A DNA stretch of 32,000 nt from Candidatus Methanoperedens sp. Its GTDB lineage: Archaea > Halobacteriota > Methanosarcinia > Methanosarcinales > Methanoperedenaceae. Where the stretch lies: contig JAPZAR010000030.1 in the NCBI GenBank assembly GCA_027460535.1, positions 89,827 to 121,826 of the forward strand. Direction: 5' to 3'. The notes below the pieces were generated by a model. It was not told where the DNA came from. It ran no database searches and saw only the letters and a list, made by a program, of their open reading frames with translations. A program made the position numbers and the translations under genes. Every line of letters starts with the position of its first letter. Position 1 is the stretch's first letter. Below, piece by piece: positions 1 through 8,284 of the stretch.

Positions 1-18
1 TGACAGGCGAGGAGATAC

Positions 19-1140
19 GTGATTGAATTGGATTTAAAAAAGGAAATCAGGAAATCCTGGATAATTATGATAAAGGAGTTCAGGCAGATCCTCAGGAAAA
101 AAGCATTCATGATCCCGATGTTCATGTTCCCGATAGTCATGATCGTCTTTTTCGGCTATGGCATGGGCGGCACAATCAAAAATGCCGACATTCTCGTTAT
201 CAATGATGACATAGGTACAGCTTCAAGTTCCCTTGTCCAGGAAATCGGAAGCTTCATCCCCAAATACGGGGATCCCAGAATGTTCTCCATAACCTATACG
301 AAGGATATGTCCCAATCCGAGGCTGAGAGAAAAATAGACGGTGGGTTGTATAAAGCCGTCCTCATAATTCCGCCGGATTATAGTGAACGCGTTGCAAAAA
401 ATGAGAACGTGACCCTGACACTGCTGACCGATTCCTCAGACACCACATCAAGCGGCATAATCATTAATTTCATGAAACAGTTATTTGCAGGAACGTCAGG
501 TTCGCTTGTTTCGTTGAATATTCCTGATATTTACGGAAAGCTGGAGTACATCGACTTTCTCACACCTGCTGTTATTGCACTTACAGTATTTTTCGGCACA
601 ATTCAGACCATGGGTTATGCGATAGCAGGAGAGCGGCAGGACGGCACTTTGGTTCGTATTATGATGACACCAGTGAGCCGGGGTGCAATTATTCTCGGCA
701 AAACTCTGCATCAGCTTGTATTGCAGCTTGCCAGGGCTGTGGTACTGATACTCGGCGCAATTGTTCTCCTCGGCGTCACTATGAATGGAAGTTGGCTCCT
801 CGTGGCTCTGGTGCTTATCATTTTCACTTTTGGCGCGGTAGGTCTTGGAATGGCTATATCTGCCATATCAGAGGACATGATCTCTTTTCAGGCGATAAGC
901 ATGTTAGTCGCATTTCCTTCCATGTTTGCCACAGGCGTTTTCTATCCTTTGGGCTCAGCTCCCGACTGGATGCGCTGGATAGCGTATATGGTGCCTCTCA
1001 CGTATGCTAACGATGCAATGCGTACCATTATGATCAAGGGTCAGGGTCTAGCTTTTATAGCCAATGATTTGATTATACTTATTTTCTTTGCGATTCTTTA
1101 TTTTGCATTAGGTGTCTATCTTTTCAGGAGGGAAGCATAA
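19..1140 (+). CDS. ABC-2 type transporter permease
   Basis: 373-aa ORF with a GTG start preceded by GAGGAG. It has one N-terminal TM helix, a large ~130-aa extracytoplasmic loop and about five C-terminal hydrophobic helices, the typical ABC-2 exporter permease layout. The partner ATPase would lie upstream, off-window. Confidence 0.75.
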   Translation: MIELDLKKEIRKSWIIMIKEFRQILRKKAFMIPMFMFPIVMIVFFGYGMGGTIKNADILVINDDIGTASSSLVQEIGSFIPKYGDPRMFSITYTKDMSQSEAERKIDGGLYKAVLIIPPDYSERVAKNENVTLTLLTDSSDTTSSGIIINFMKQLFAGTSGSLVSLNIPDIYGKLEYIDFLTPAVIALTVFFGTIQTMGYAIAGERQDGTLVRIMMTPVSRGAIILGKTLHQLVLQLARAVVLILGAIVLLGVTMNGSWLLVALVLIIFTFGAVGLGMAISAISEDMISFQAISMLVAFPSMFATGVFYPLGSAPDWMRWIAYMVPLTYANDAMRTIMIKGQGLAFIANDLIILIFFAILYFALGVYLFRREA

Positions 1141-2124
1141 ATGAAACAAATTTTGATCACCTTATTTCTATTGGTTTTGATGTCCGCAGCAGCGGGCGCT
1201 GATACCCCCAGCACATATAATGTGCCCAGAAGCTTTGATTTTGGGTCACATTACTATTATACATACGGCAGCCCGGATATTAATGCTACCATTGTCGGCA
1301 CCAATGAATTCGATAGGGACCAGACCATTACTCTGCCTATTGATTTAATGAACCGGGGCAAATATTTAGGATTTGAGAGAGACCATACCCCTACAACAGC
1401 TGATGAAATATATGCCGCTCAGACCCAGATAAAGCTTGAAAGCAGGATAGTGGATGCAACCGGCATAGTTGTAGCGCTCTCAGTTGATCCGAGAGGTCCG
1501 CTTGAAGTCATGTCTCCCGCCCAGCAGGTCGGTTCAATAAAGAGCGGAGAGAATACGCTTTCTCCGGTAAAATTCGATATAAAAATCGCCAAGAAAGCCA
1601 AGGCAGGCTTATATAATCTCTACTTAAATCTAACCTATGATTATCAGAAATATGTGCAGATCTCAAATCCCAATGCCACTGCGCAAACATACGATGCAAG
1701 CTACTGGTACTCGATGATTGGCCAGAACCAGACCCTGAAATTCAAGGTAAAAACGCAGGCGGATTTTGAGGTGGTGCGAACCACAGGCAGCCTTTATCCC
1801 GGAAGGGAAGATGTCGTGCAGATAGCGATTAAAAATACGGGGGAGGAAGAAGCAACGAATGCAAAGGCAATAATCAACCCATCAGACCCCCTGAGCACCA
1901 CGGACGACCAGGCATTCCTCTATACCATAAAGCCCGGTGATACAGTAGTTGCCAGCTATAAAATAAAGGCAGATAGCAAGGCTGTGCCCAAGACCTATGG
2001 AGTGGACACGGTGATAAGATACGAAAACCTGGATGGAGATACCGTATATTCAACTACTATGCAGGCGCCTGTTGAGGTGAAGGAGATCGGGCTCTCACAG
2101 AGATTATTTGGATGGTTGTATTAA
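1141..2124 (+). CDS. Secreted or surface protein of unknown function (signal peptide, beta-rich, four N-x-S/T sequons; S-layer-related/COG1361-like)
   Basis: The ATG directly abuts the permease stop (TAA 1138-1140, ATG 1141). N-terminal signal peptide MKQILITLFLLVLMSAAAGA. Sequons NAT, NLT, NAT and NQT are present. There is no catalytic motif. The family call is a weak recollection. Confidence 0.65.
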   Translation: MKQILITLFLLVLMSAAAGADTPSTYNVPRSFDFGSHYYYTYGSPDINATIVGTNEFDRDQTITLPIDLMNRGKYLGFERDHTPTTADEIYAAQTQIKLESRIVDATGIVVALSVDPRGPLEVMSPAQQVGSIKSGENTLSPVKFDIKIAKKAKAGLYNLYLNLTYDYQKYVQISNPNATAQTYDASYWYSMIGQNQTLKFKVKTQADFEVVRTTGSLYPGREDVVQIAIKNTGEEEATNAKAIINPSDPLSTTDDQAFLYTIKPGDTVVASYKIKADSKAVPKTYGVDTVIRYENLDGDTVYSTTMQAPVEVKEIGLSQRLFGWLY

Positions 2125-2208
2125 GAGAAATCTTGAGTATTTTCTCGGCCCGGCAAAAAAGATACTTTATTAAATCTGCAATACCTGTAAAATGTAAAAA
2201 ACCCAAAC

Positions 2209-2526
2209 GTGATTATGTTCAACAGGGAAAACAGAGACAGCAATCTTGCAGCCAGGATTCTTTTGACCTTGCATCTTGCAGAAAGAAGAGGGTATGCTCT
2301 CAACATTTTGCATCACTCGAATACTCTGATCGGTGGAGAAATCCAGAAGGAGACGGTATTCCGGGAACTCCAGACCATGCCCGAAGTAGTGCATCAGGAA
2401 GGGATGTATTGCCTGAAAGGAAGCGAATGCCTTCTCCCTGAAACGAAAAGGCGGCTTTTATGCAACGGAGCAGCGGGCCCGCGATATGAAACTGAAGCTT
2501 ATGCTCTTTTTGGGGATAGGATATGA
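2209..2526 (+). CDS. Hypothetical small protein, possibly translationally coupled to the GT2 gene
   Basis: 105-codon ORF (GTG 2209 or ATG 2215) whose stop overlaps the GT2 start in ATGA (2523-2526). A TATA-like TTTATTAAA lies about 35-40 nt upstream. No recognisable domain. Competing overlapping ORFs exist. Confidence 0.35.
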   Translation: MIMFNRENRDSNLAARILLTLHLAERRGYALNILHHSNTLIGGEIQKETVFRELQTMPEVVHQEGMYCLKGSECLLPETKRRLLCNGAAGPRYETEAYALFGDRI

Positions 2527-4055
2527 CCCTCCTCGATGCGCTGCTTGTGGTTTACATCGCCATCTTATTTACTCTTTTCATTTATGGGAATAATTGTTTC
2601 GTGCTAGCCTACCTGTACACTCGGAAAAGAACCGAGAAAAAACCAAATTTTTCTTTCTGCCCAACAGTCACTGTCCAGCTTCCTGTTTATAATGAACTCT
2701 ATGTTGTGGAGCGCCTGATCAGAAAAGTTGCCGCGTTAAATTACCCGAGAGAGAATCTTGAGATACAAGTGCTGGACGACTCCACGGATGAAACCACAGA
2801 CATTATACAACGATGCGTCCGTGAGTTTCGGGATCAGGGGCTGAATATTTACTGTCTCCATAGAACAAAAAGAGATGGATACAAGGCTGGGGCGCTTAAG
2901 GAAGGTTTGAAAGGCGCACACGGCGAATTCATCGCGGTTTTCGACGCAGACTTTTTGCCCGATAGTGATTTTCTCATTAAGTGTATCCCACATTTTTCAG
3001 CCCCCCAGGTTGGAATGGTACAGACCCGCTGGGGACACATAAATGAGAATTACTCCCTTCTCACAAAAGTGATAGCCATTGGAATAGACGGACATTTCCA
3101 GATAGAGCAGAACTCAAGGTACAGTTCAGGGCTTTTTTTGAACTTTAATGGGACAGCAGGAATATGGAGGCGGCAATGCATCGAAGATGCAGGAGGATGG
3201 CAAGATGATACTCTCACCGAAGACCTGGACTTAAGCTACAGGGCGCAGCTTCGGGGATGGAAGCTTGTCTTTCTGGGAGATGTGGTATCTCCTGCTGAGG
3301 TGCCTGTGCAGATAAACGCATTCAAACGCCAGCAGTTCAGATGGGCCAAGGGTTCAATACAATGTTCGAGGAAATTATTGCCCAGAGTATTGTCTTCCGA
3401 TGTCTCTATCTTTAAGAAGTTCCAGGCGCTTGTGCACCTCACCTACTATGCTGTCCATCCCTTGATGGTAATGCTCTTGCTCCTGATTCTGCCTCTCATT
3501 TTGCTTGCAAGTGAACACCTCTCCACCCTTTATTATTTTAACTTTTTAGCAATCGGGACATTTGGGCCGTTGACCATGTATGCTCTCTCCCAGAGGGAGT
3601 TGTACAAAGGATGGAAGACCCGTATGAAATATCTTCCAGTTCTGACCTTCCTAGGGACGGGAATCTCGGTCAATAACACAAAAGCGGTGATTGAAGGACT
3701 GTTTAACAGGAAGGGTACGTTCCAGCGCACACCAAAATTTGGAATCGAGACGGATACGGATGAGTGGGAAGGAAAAAAATACAAGCTCAGTTTTCCGATG
3801 ATCACGGTCATAGAGGCTGGCCTGGGTGCTTATGCCCTTGTCGCTCTTTACTTTTCACTTAGAGCGGGAAGCTATTTTTTGGTACCGTTCCTTGCCCTCT
3901 ACGTCATCGGTTATTTCTATGTTTCAGGGCTTACTATCATGCATTCTATCCCCCGCTCCCTAATGCCGAAGCTGGCTGTTGCAGGCATTCTTATTGTTGC
4001 GGCGGCAGCCGGCGGAGGTTTTTTTTATATCTTGGCATCTTTATTGGTGCAATAA
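2523..4055 (+). CDS. Processive family-2 glycosyltransferase (cellulose/chitin/hyaluronan-synthase-like; polysaccharide or glycolipid synthase)
   Basis: 510 aa with an N-terminal TM helix, a cytoplasmic GT-A domain carrying LDDSTDET, FDADF (DxD), TED and the QQFRW (QxxRW) processivity motif, then about four C-terminal TM helices. Confidence 0.9.
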   Translation: MTLLDALLVVYIAILFTLFIYGNNCFVLAYLYTRKRTEKKPNFSFCPTVTVQLPVYNELYVVERLIRKVAALNYPRENLEIQVLDDSTDETTDIIQRCVREFRDQGLNIYCLHRTKRDGYKAGALKEGLKGAHGEFIAVFDADFLPDSDFLIKCIPHFSAPQVGMVQTRWGHINENYSLLTKVIAIGIDGHFQIEQNSRYSSGLFLNFNGTAGIWRRQCIEDAGGWQDDTLTEDLDLSYRAQLRGWKLVFLGDVVSPAEVPVQINAFKRQQFRWAKGSIQCSRKLLPRVLSSDVSIFKKFQALVHLTYYAVHPLMVMLLLLILPLILLASEHLSTLYYFNFLAIGTFGPLTMYALSQRELYKGWKTRMKYLPVLTFLGTGISVNNTKAVIEGLFNRKGTFQRTPKFGIETDTDEWEGKKYKLSFPMITVIEAGLGAYALVALYFSLRAGSYFLVPFLALYVIGYFYVSGLTIMHSIPRSLMPKLAVAGILIVAAAAGGGFFYILASLLVQ

Positions 4056-4057
4056 TT

Positions 4058-4073
4058 GCAGGCTTAAGCCTGC
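4058..4073 (+). terminator. Perfect 16-nt palindrome GCAGGCTTAAGCCTGC just after the GT2 stop (possible terminator hairpin or protein-binding site)
   Basis: Seen directly: 6-bp stem and 4-nt loop starting 3 nt after the stop codon. No strong T-run follows, so the terminator role is uncertain. Confidence 0.3.
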
Positions 4074-4130
4074 TTAAAAGTATAGGACTAAAAACAATAA
4101 ACACATTTCAGGATAAGGAGTATCGAGGAG

Positions 4131-4262
4131 GTACCTTCGTTTGATCCCGTTATCTGGAAGCTTACAATCGATGGGCTTGTGAGCAAACCGCTCACCATCA
4201 GCTACGATGAACTCCGAAGCTTGAAAGTGAAGAACAGGTTACTGAATTTCATTGCACCAGCT
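4131..4262 (+). pseudogene. Remnant of a molybdopterin-binding oxidoreductase (sulfite oxidase/MsrP-YedY family N-terminal segment), frameshifted and truncated
   Basis: One frame reads VPSFDPVIWKLTIDGLVSKPLTISYDELRSLKV. After a frame change around 4211-4244 it reads EEQVTEFHCT. Together these match the conserved W-x-L-x-V-x-G-x-V...L...FHC start of the Oxidored_molyb domain. There is no start codon, and the rest of the ~170-aa domain is missing. Confidence 0.5.
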
Positions 4263-4267
4263 ATTAT

Positions 4268-4711
4268 ATGGAATGCAGGACATTGATTTGGTACATGTCC
4301 GCGATTATCGGCACAGGCGCACCGGTCTCCTCTGACCTCAATCTGCTGCTTCAAATTATAGTCCTGACAGCGCTCATTTTCGGAGCAATGTCAGGCATTA
4401 AAAAGCGCTTTATCAAACATTCAGGGATCATGACTGCGGTAGTTATTCTGAACGCCGCAGGACTTATATTCGTAATGGCTCCCTCGCTTTTTATATACTT
4501 GACATCGCCTCTTGAGATTTTTTCATTCAGCATGTTTTCCACCTCTCTGCACGTACTGACCGGAATCTCTGCAATCGCGACCGGTATGGCGTTCATCCTG
4601 AATAAGAAGCCCCTGAATCTGCGATTGTGGATGCGCCTGAGTTTCCTGTTATGGGTCACCAGTTTTATTCTCGGCTTGTTGATATATTTACAGATCGCAG
4701 GGCTGATCTGA
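4268..4711 (+). CDS. Integral membrane protein with four predicted TM helices (DUF420-like or heme-b-binding-partner-like?)
   Basis: 147-aa ORF (alternative start ATG 4295, MSAIIG...). Four hydrophobic helices, with His residues in TM2 (KHSG) and TM4 (SLHVLTG). It lies directly after the Moco-oxidoreductase remnant, in the same frame as that remnant's FHC segment. Confidence 0.6.
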   Translation: MECRTLIWYMSAIIGTGAPVSSDLNLLLQIIVLTALIFGAMSGIKKRFIKHSGIMTAVVILNAAGLIFVMAPSLFIYLTSPLEIFSFSMFSTSLHVLTGISAIATGMAFILNKKPLNLRLWMRLSFLLWVTSFILGLLIYLQIAGLI

Positions 4712-4728
4712 ACTCGTGGCATGTGCTT

Positions 4729-6087
4729 TTAACGCATCAGCCTGAATACAACATCTGTTATGAACCCCAGTGGTTTTACTATTATTTCGACTCTCTCGCC
4801 AAATTGTCTCCTCAGCTTGTGCTGCGCCATAGCCTTAACTATCGCGAACTTCAGCTTGGTCTCGGAAAACCGCGACCTGAACAACAATTTGTGCCTTAGC
4901 ATACTCTTGCTCGCATGCTCTTCCCAGCCTGCTAAAATAACATCGTCCTTGACCCTTTCGTACAGAGGTGTTCCTGGAATGGGATAGGGTAGTGTAAACG
5001 ACAGATAATCCAGCGGCAGCGATGTGGCAAACCTCACAGTATCAAGTACGGTTTCATCGCTCTCGCCCGGATAGCCTATGATGAAGAATGCTCCTGCTCT
5101 GATATTCGCCTGCTTGACAGCATGTATGGCTTCTCGCGCCTTCGCAGTTGTTATGCTCTTATTCATAAGTTCAAGAACTGAATCGTTTCCCGATTCTATA
5201 CCGAAGAAGATGCTTACGCATCCAGCCCGCTTCATGTTCTCAACCACTTCCCTGTCCACTGTATCAACTCTTGACAGGCATTCCCACTCGATTTCCATGC
5301 CCCTCTCAGTTATCTCTCTGCAAATCTCGAGTATCCTGCCGCGGTTCAGGGTCAGGCAGTCGTCAGCAAACCAGATCCTATCATATCCGAGCGCAATGAT
5401 GCTCTGCATCTCGTCCACGATATTCTTCGCCGACCTTGCCCTGAACGTATTTCCGAATACAGGCTGGCTGCAGAAGTCGCATTTGAATGGGCACCCCCTT
5501 GAGGTCATCAGAGATGTGATGGTGTAGCCGAACTTTTTTTTATAATGCTCTTTATATCCGTTGTTGTCAAAAAGTTCCCTGCTGGGCATTGGAATGTCAT
5601 CCAGCTCAGTAACAGGTTTTCTCTTTTCTGTATATTTTATGCAGCTCCCATCCCGATAGGCTATACCCCTTATTCCAGACAGGTCTCCTTTTCCTTCAAC
5701 TGCTCTCTGGAGCTCAAGCATGGTTTGCTCTCCCTCTCCAATCACAACAACATCGAAATATCTGAGGAACTCTGTCGGATTCAGCGTGGGTTGGGGTCCC
5801 CCTGCCACAAGTAACTCGCAATCGTCTCTCACAAGCCTTGCTAAATCTTTGGCCTTTTCGGTCATTGAAAACATCGAATAGATGCCAATTATTTTGGAAC
5901 CCGCATTCCTGATCCGTTCCAGTGCTTTTCCCTGACTGAGGAAGGTGCAATCTATGATTTCCGCACCGACATCATTCGCTTTGAGGTACGCTGCTATATA
6001 TCCCAGCCCGAGCGGAGGAAACCTGAATATCGAATTATCGCCGTCAGGTAGAATATAAGGATAGACAAGTGTTACTGCACTTTTCAT
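4729..6087 (-). CDS. B12-binding domain radical SAM protein (class B rSAM, COG1032-type), paralog A
   Basis: 452 aa. N-terminal cobalamin-binding-like Rossmann region (FPPLGLGYIAAYL, GIYSM). rSAM cluster motif SRGCPFKCDFCSQ (CxxxCxxC). GIESG motif. Substrate unknown. Confidence 0.9.
   Translation of the reverse strand: MKSAVTLVYPYILPDGDNSIFRFPPLGLGYIAAYLKANDVGAEIIDCTFLSQGKALERIRNAGSKIIGIYSMFSMTEKAKDLARLVRDDCELLVAGGPQPTLNPTEFLRYFDVVVIGEGEQTMLELQRAVEGKGDLSGIRGIAYRDGSCIKYTEKRKPVTELDDIPMPSRELFDNNGYKEHYKKKFGYTITSLMTSRGCPFKCDFCSQPVFGNTFRARSAKNIVDEMQSIIALGYDRIWFADDCLTLNRGRILEICREITERGMEIEWECLSRVDTVDREVVENMKRAGCVSIFFGIESGNDSVLELMNKSITTAKAREAIHAVKQANIRAGAFFIIGYPGESDETVLDTVRFATSLPLDYLSFTLPYPIPGTPLYERVKDDVILAGWEEHASKSMLRHKLLFRSRFSETKLKFAIVKAMAQHKLRRQFGERVEIIVKPLGFITDVVFRLMR
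5710..5738. repeat. 29-nt exact inverted repeat copy 1, inside rSAM paralog A
   Basis: GAGCTCAAGCATGGTTTGCTCTCCCTCTC is the exact reverse complement of 10639-10667. It encodes the EGEQTMLEL segment. Confidence 0.9.
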
Positions 6088-6162
6088 ATGACCTCGCTAC
6101 AATACATCTATCCCTACAAATAGCTTTATTTCATACCCTGCAGATGAACGGATGATCATTCA

Positions 6163-6993
6163 ATGGCTACAAAGCTAACAGAGCCCATTACTATCAGGCT
6201 ATCCGACAGAGTATCCCTCAGACTTTATCCGGATTCAAGACCCCACAACCTGGAGATTGCAAACCTCCAGAAAGGCGTTGTGCTCATGCATGATCGCAAA
6301 GAGCTGATCGGTGAGGGAGCTGGCTTCGGGGCTCCTGTCGTCAGGTATGCTGATCATACTTTTTTCTCAACATCTGCCAAGGTATATTTATATGAGCCGA
6401 ATGTGCTAATGAAGTCCTTTCTGATGGATTCGGTATCACGAAAGAGATTCGGTACCAGTGGACCGTATGTTGATCAAATTTTTTCCATTCTTCACAGGAT
6501 CTTTACGTGGTCGTATTTAAGGTTCAAATGCCGCCCCATCTTTAAGAAGATAATTGAATTCAGGAGAACGCTCGGTTTGCGCACTGAGTTCGTCAAGGTC
6601 AGGTCAAGGGGCATGGTCAATATTACCTACACTCTATCGAGCAGTATGCAGATAAAGGTCGATCTAACAGGACTGGATACCCGGGGATGCAAAGAGATCC
6701 TGATCCTGAACGAACAGGATGGGGATTTTTTCAGGAGATACTTTGACAGAGAAGAGGTTACGGACGACAGGATCGAAGCATGGAGGCAAGTGATTTCAGA
6801 AAATGCCTCCTTTTCTGATGTTAAGGGGTCACTCACGTTCGCTCTTAAAAAGATCAACGGCTCATCACTGATCTCAGGGAGGGAGCATGTGAAGCGCTGC
6901 CTCTCCTGGTCTGGCTTGAACTATTCTTTGAGGCCAGGTACTCGAGATTTCACTTACACACTTGAAATCACGGATGTTTTCAGCAAAAACTAA
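6163..6993 (+). CDS. Hypothetical protein, no recognisable domain
   Basis: 276-aa ORF divergent from rSAM paralog A, 75-bp intergenic. Ordinary composition for the window. No signal peptide, TM helix or known motif identified. Confidence 0.65.
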   Translation: MATKLTEPITIRLSDRVSLRLYPDSRPHNLEIANLQKGVVLMHDRKELIGEGAGFGAPVVRYADHTFFSTSAKVYLYEPNVLMKSFLMDSVSRKRFGTSGPYVDQIFSILHRIFTWSYLRFKCRPIFKKIIEFRRTLGLRTEFVKVRSRGMVNITYTLSSSMQIKVDLTGLDTRGCKEILILNEQDGDFFRRYFDREEVTDDRIEAWRQVISENASFSDVKGSLTFALKKINGSSLISGREHVKRCLSWSGLNYSLRPGTRDFTYTLEITDVFSKN

Positions 6994-7147
6994 TATCCCC
7001 GCAGATCAGTTCTGGCAATGAAGCAGTCGATGCCGTTCAAAAAAATGCGGTTGAAAACAGAAGTGACGAACGGGTGACCGTTTCAATTCTTGTTGGTAGT
7101 TAGGTCAATGTGTTGCACATCTGATTGATTGACGTAAAAACAACCTG

Positions 7148-7160
7148 AAATAAGGCTTAT
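7148..7160. repeat. 13-bp direct repeat AAATAAGGCTTAT (left copy) flanking the DUF4062 cassette
   Basis: Exact match to 8107-8119, read directly from the sequence. Confidence 0.85.
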
Positions 7161-7209
7161 GGATTTTTCAAAGACACACACATATATCATCCTTCGCCAT
7201 TACTGGGCT

Positions 7210-8028
7210 TTATCCTCCTACATTATCCTTTATCTTATTTTCTATATCAGCTATTAAATCTGAAAACGATCCACCACTAAGAATAATACTAACTATATTA
7301 ACATAAAAATGTAAAACTGTCTGATCTATTTTCTTCATTCTCTTCAATAATGAAATAATCATAGCTTTAATCAGACACGTTTTAACATTTACAGAATTGA
7401 AAGGCGTTTTTGTCATATCCATATCTATCCTTAAATTTTCAAGAATTTCATTTAGGAAATCTTTAGTAAGTCTACATATATCGTCTGTTACTATAATAAT
7501 TTTATTCGCAATCAACGAATCCAAGGCCAATTTCATCTCCAATTCAGTATATCTGTCTTCTTTTGATTTATTACTGGTTTTACAAACGACAATTCTTGCA
7601 ATCCACCATGACAAATCATTTTTTAACTTCGCCCTCAAGTCCATAATATCATCAAAATAACAAAGAACATGTCCTTCATCGGGATCAGAAATCGACTCTA
7701 TGAAAGATTGCAATTTCTTTTCTCTTCGGCCTAGATTAAATTTCTTAATATAAATAATTGTATCTATATTATGAGCTCTAGCTGTTTCATATTCTTCAAT
7801 GGTGGGACCACTATATTTTTTGTCAAATATTCCAACGTACAAATCAGAATTCATGACCTCATCAATATATGTTTGTCTAAGTCCTGATGATCGGGCGCCC
7901 CATTCTTCAAACATTGCAGGCTCAAATCCAAACTGATTCAAGCTTTCTTTGACAATAAGCCGTTCATCTTTTAGTTCATTTATCGTTGAACTTATAAACA
8001 CCTGAGGTTTTTTCCTTTTTTGGATCAT
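7210..8028 (-). CDS. DUF4062 (TIR-like) domain protein with an uncharacterised helical C-terminal half
   Basis: 272 aa. The N-terminus, VFISSTINELKDERLIVKESL...FEPAMFEEWGA...SDLYVGIFDKKYSGPTIEEYETA...IIYIKK, follows the DUF4062 pattern (vFiSSt..dL..eR...., mfE...a, sD.yv.i....Yg..t..Ey..A). The gene and its flanks are visibly AT-rich relative to neighbours. Confidence 0.8.
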   Translation of the reverse strand: MIQKRKKPQVFISSTINELKDERLIVKESLNQFGFEPAMFEEWGARSSGLRQTYIDEVMNSDLYVGIFDKKYSGPTIEEYETARAHNIDTIIYIKKFNLGRREKKLQSFIESISDPDEGHVLCYFDDIMDLRAKLKNDLSWWIARIVVCKTSNKSKEDRYTELEMKLALDSLIANKIIIVTDDICRLTKDFLNEILENLRIDMDMTKTPFNSVNVKTCLIKAMIISLLKRMKKIDQTVLHFYVNIVSIILSGGSFSDLIADIENKIKDNVGG

Positions 8029-8106
8029 CCTACTTTTTACCCATTCTTATTTAGTGATGCTCTCCACATTTCGTACAGAGCCCTGAGGTTTCTATGGACT
8101 ATATGT

Positions 8107-8119
8107 AAATAAGGCTTAT
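8107..8119. repeat. 13-bp direct repeat AAATAAGGCTTAT (right copy)
   Basis: Exact match to 7148-7160. Confidence 0.85.
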
Positions 8120-8284
8120 TCCAATATATCTATTTAAGGATTTGAAAAATGCGCTAATTCCCCGAAGGGCATAATAGATATATCTAGTGAAACCGGAGAA
8201 TTATTAAAAGGAAATAGAAAAATAGTGAAAACTTTATTCTAAGGTGATATCGACTTAAGTATATCAGCAATAAAGAGATGTAAC

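Noticed and set aside
6140-6150. The 11-mer GCAGATGAACG is shared between the rSAM-A/276-aa intergenic region and the left end of the 13981-14156 element (13993-14003).
   Set aside because: By rough expectation, exact 11-mer recurrences in a 32-kb window (both strands) are expected many times by chance. No extended similarity surrounds the match.
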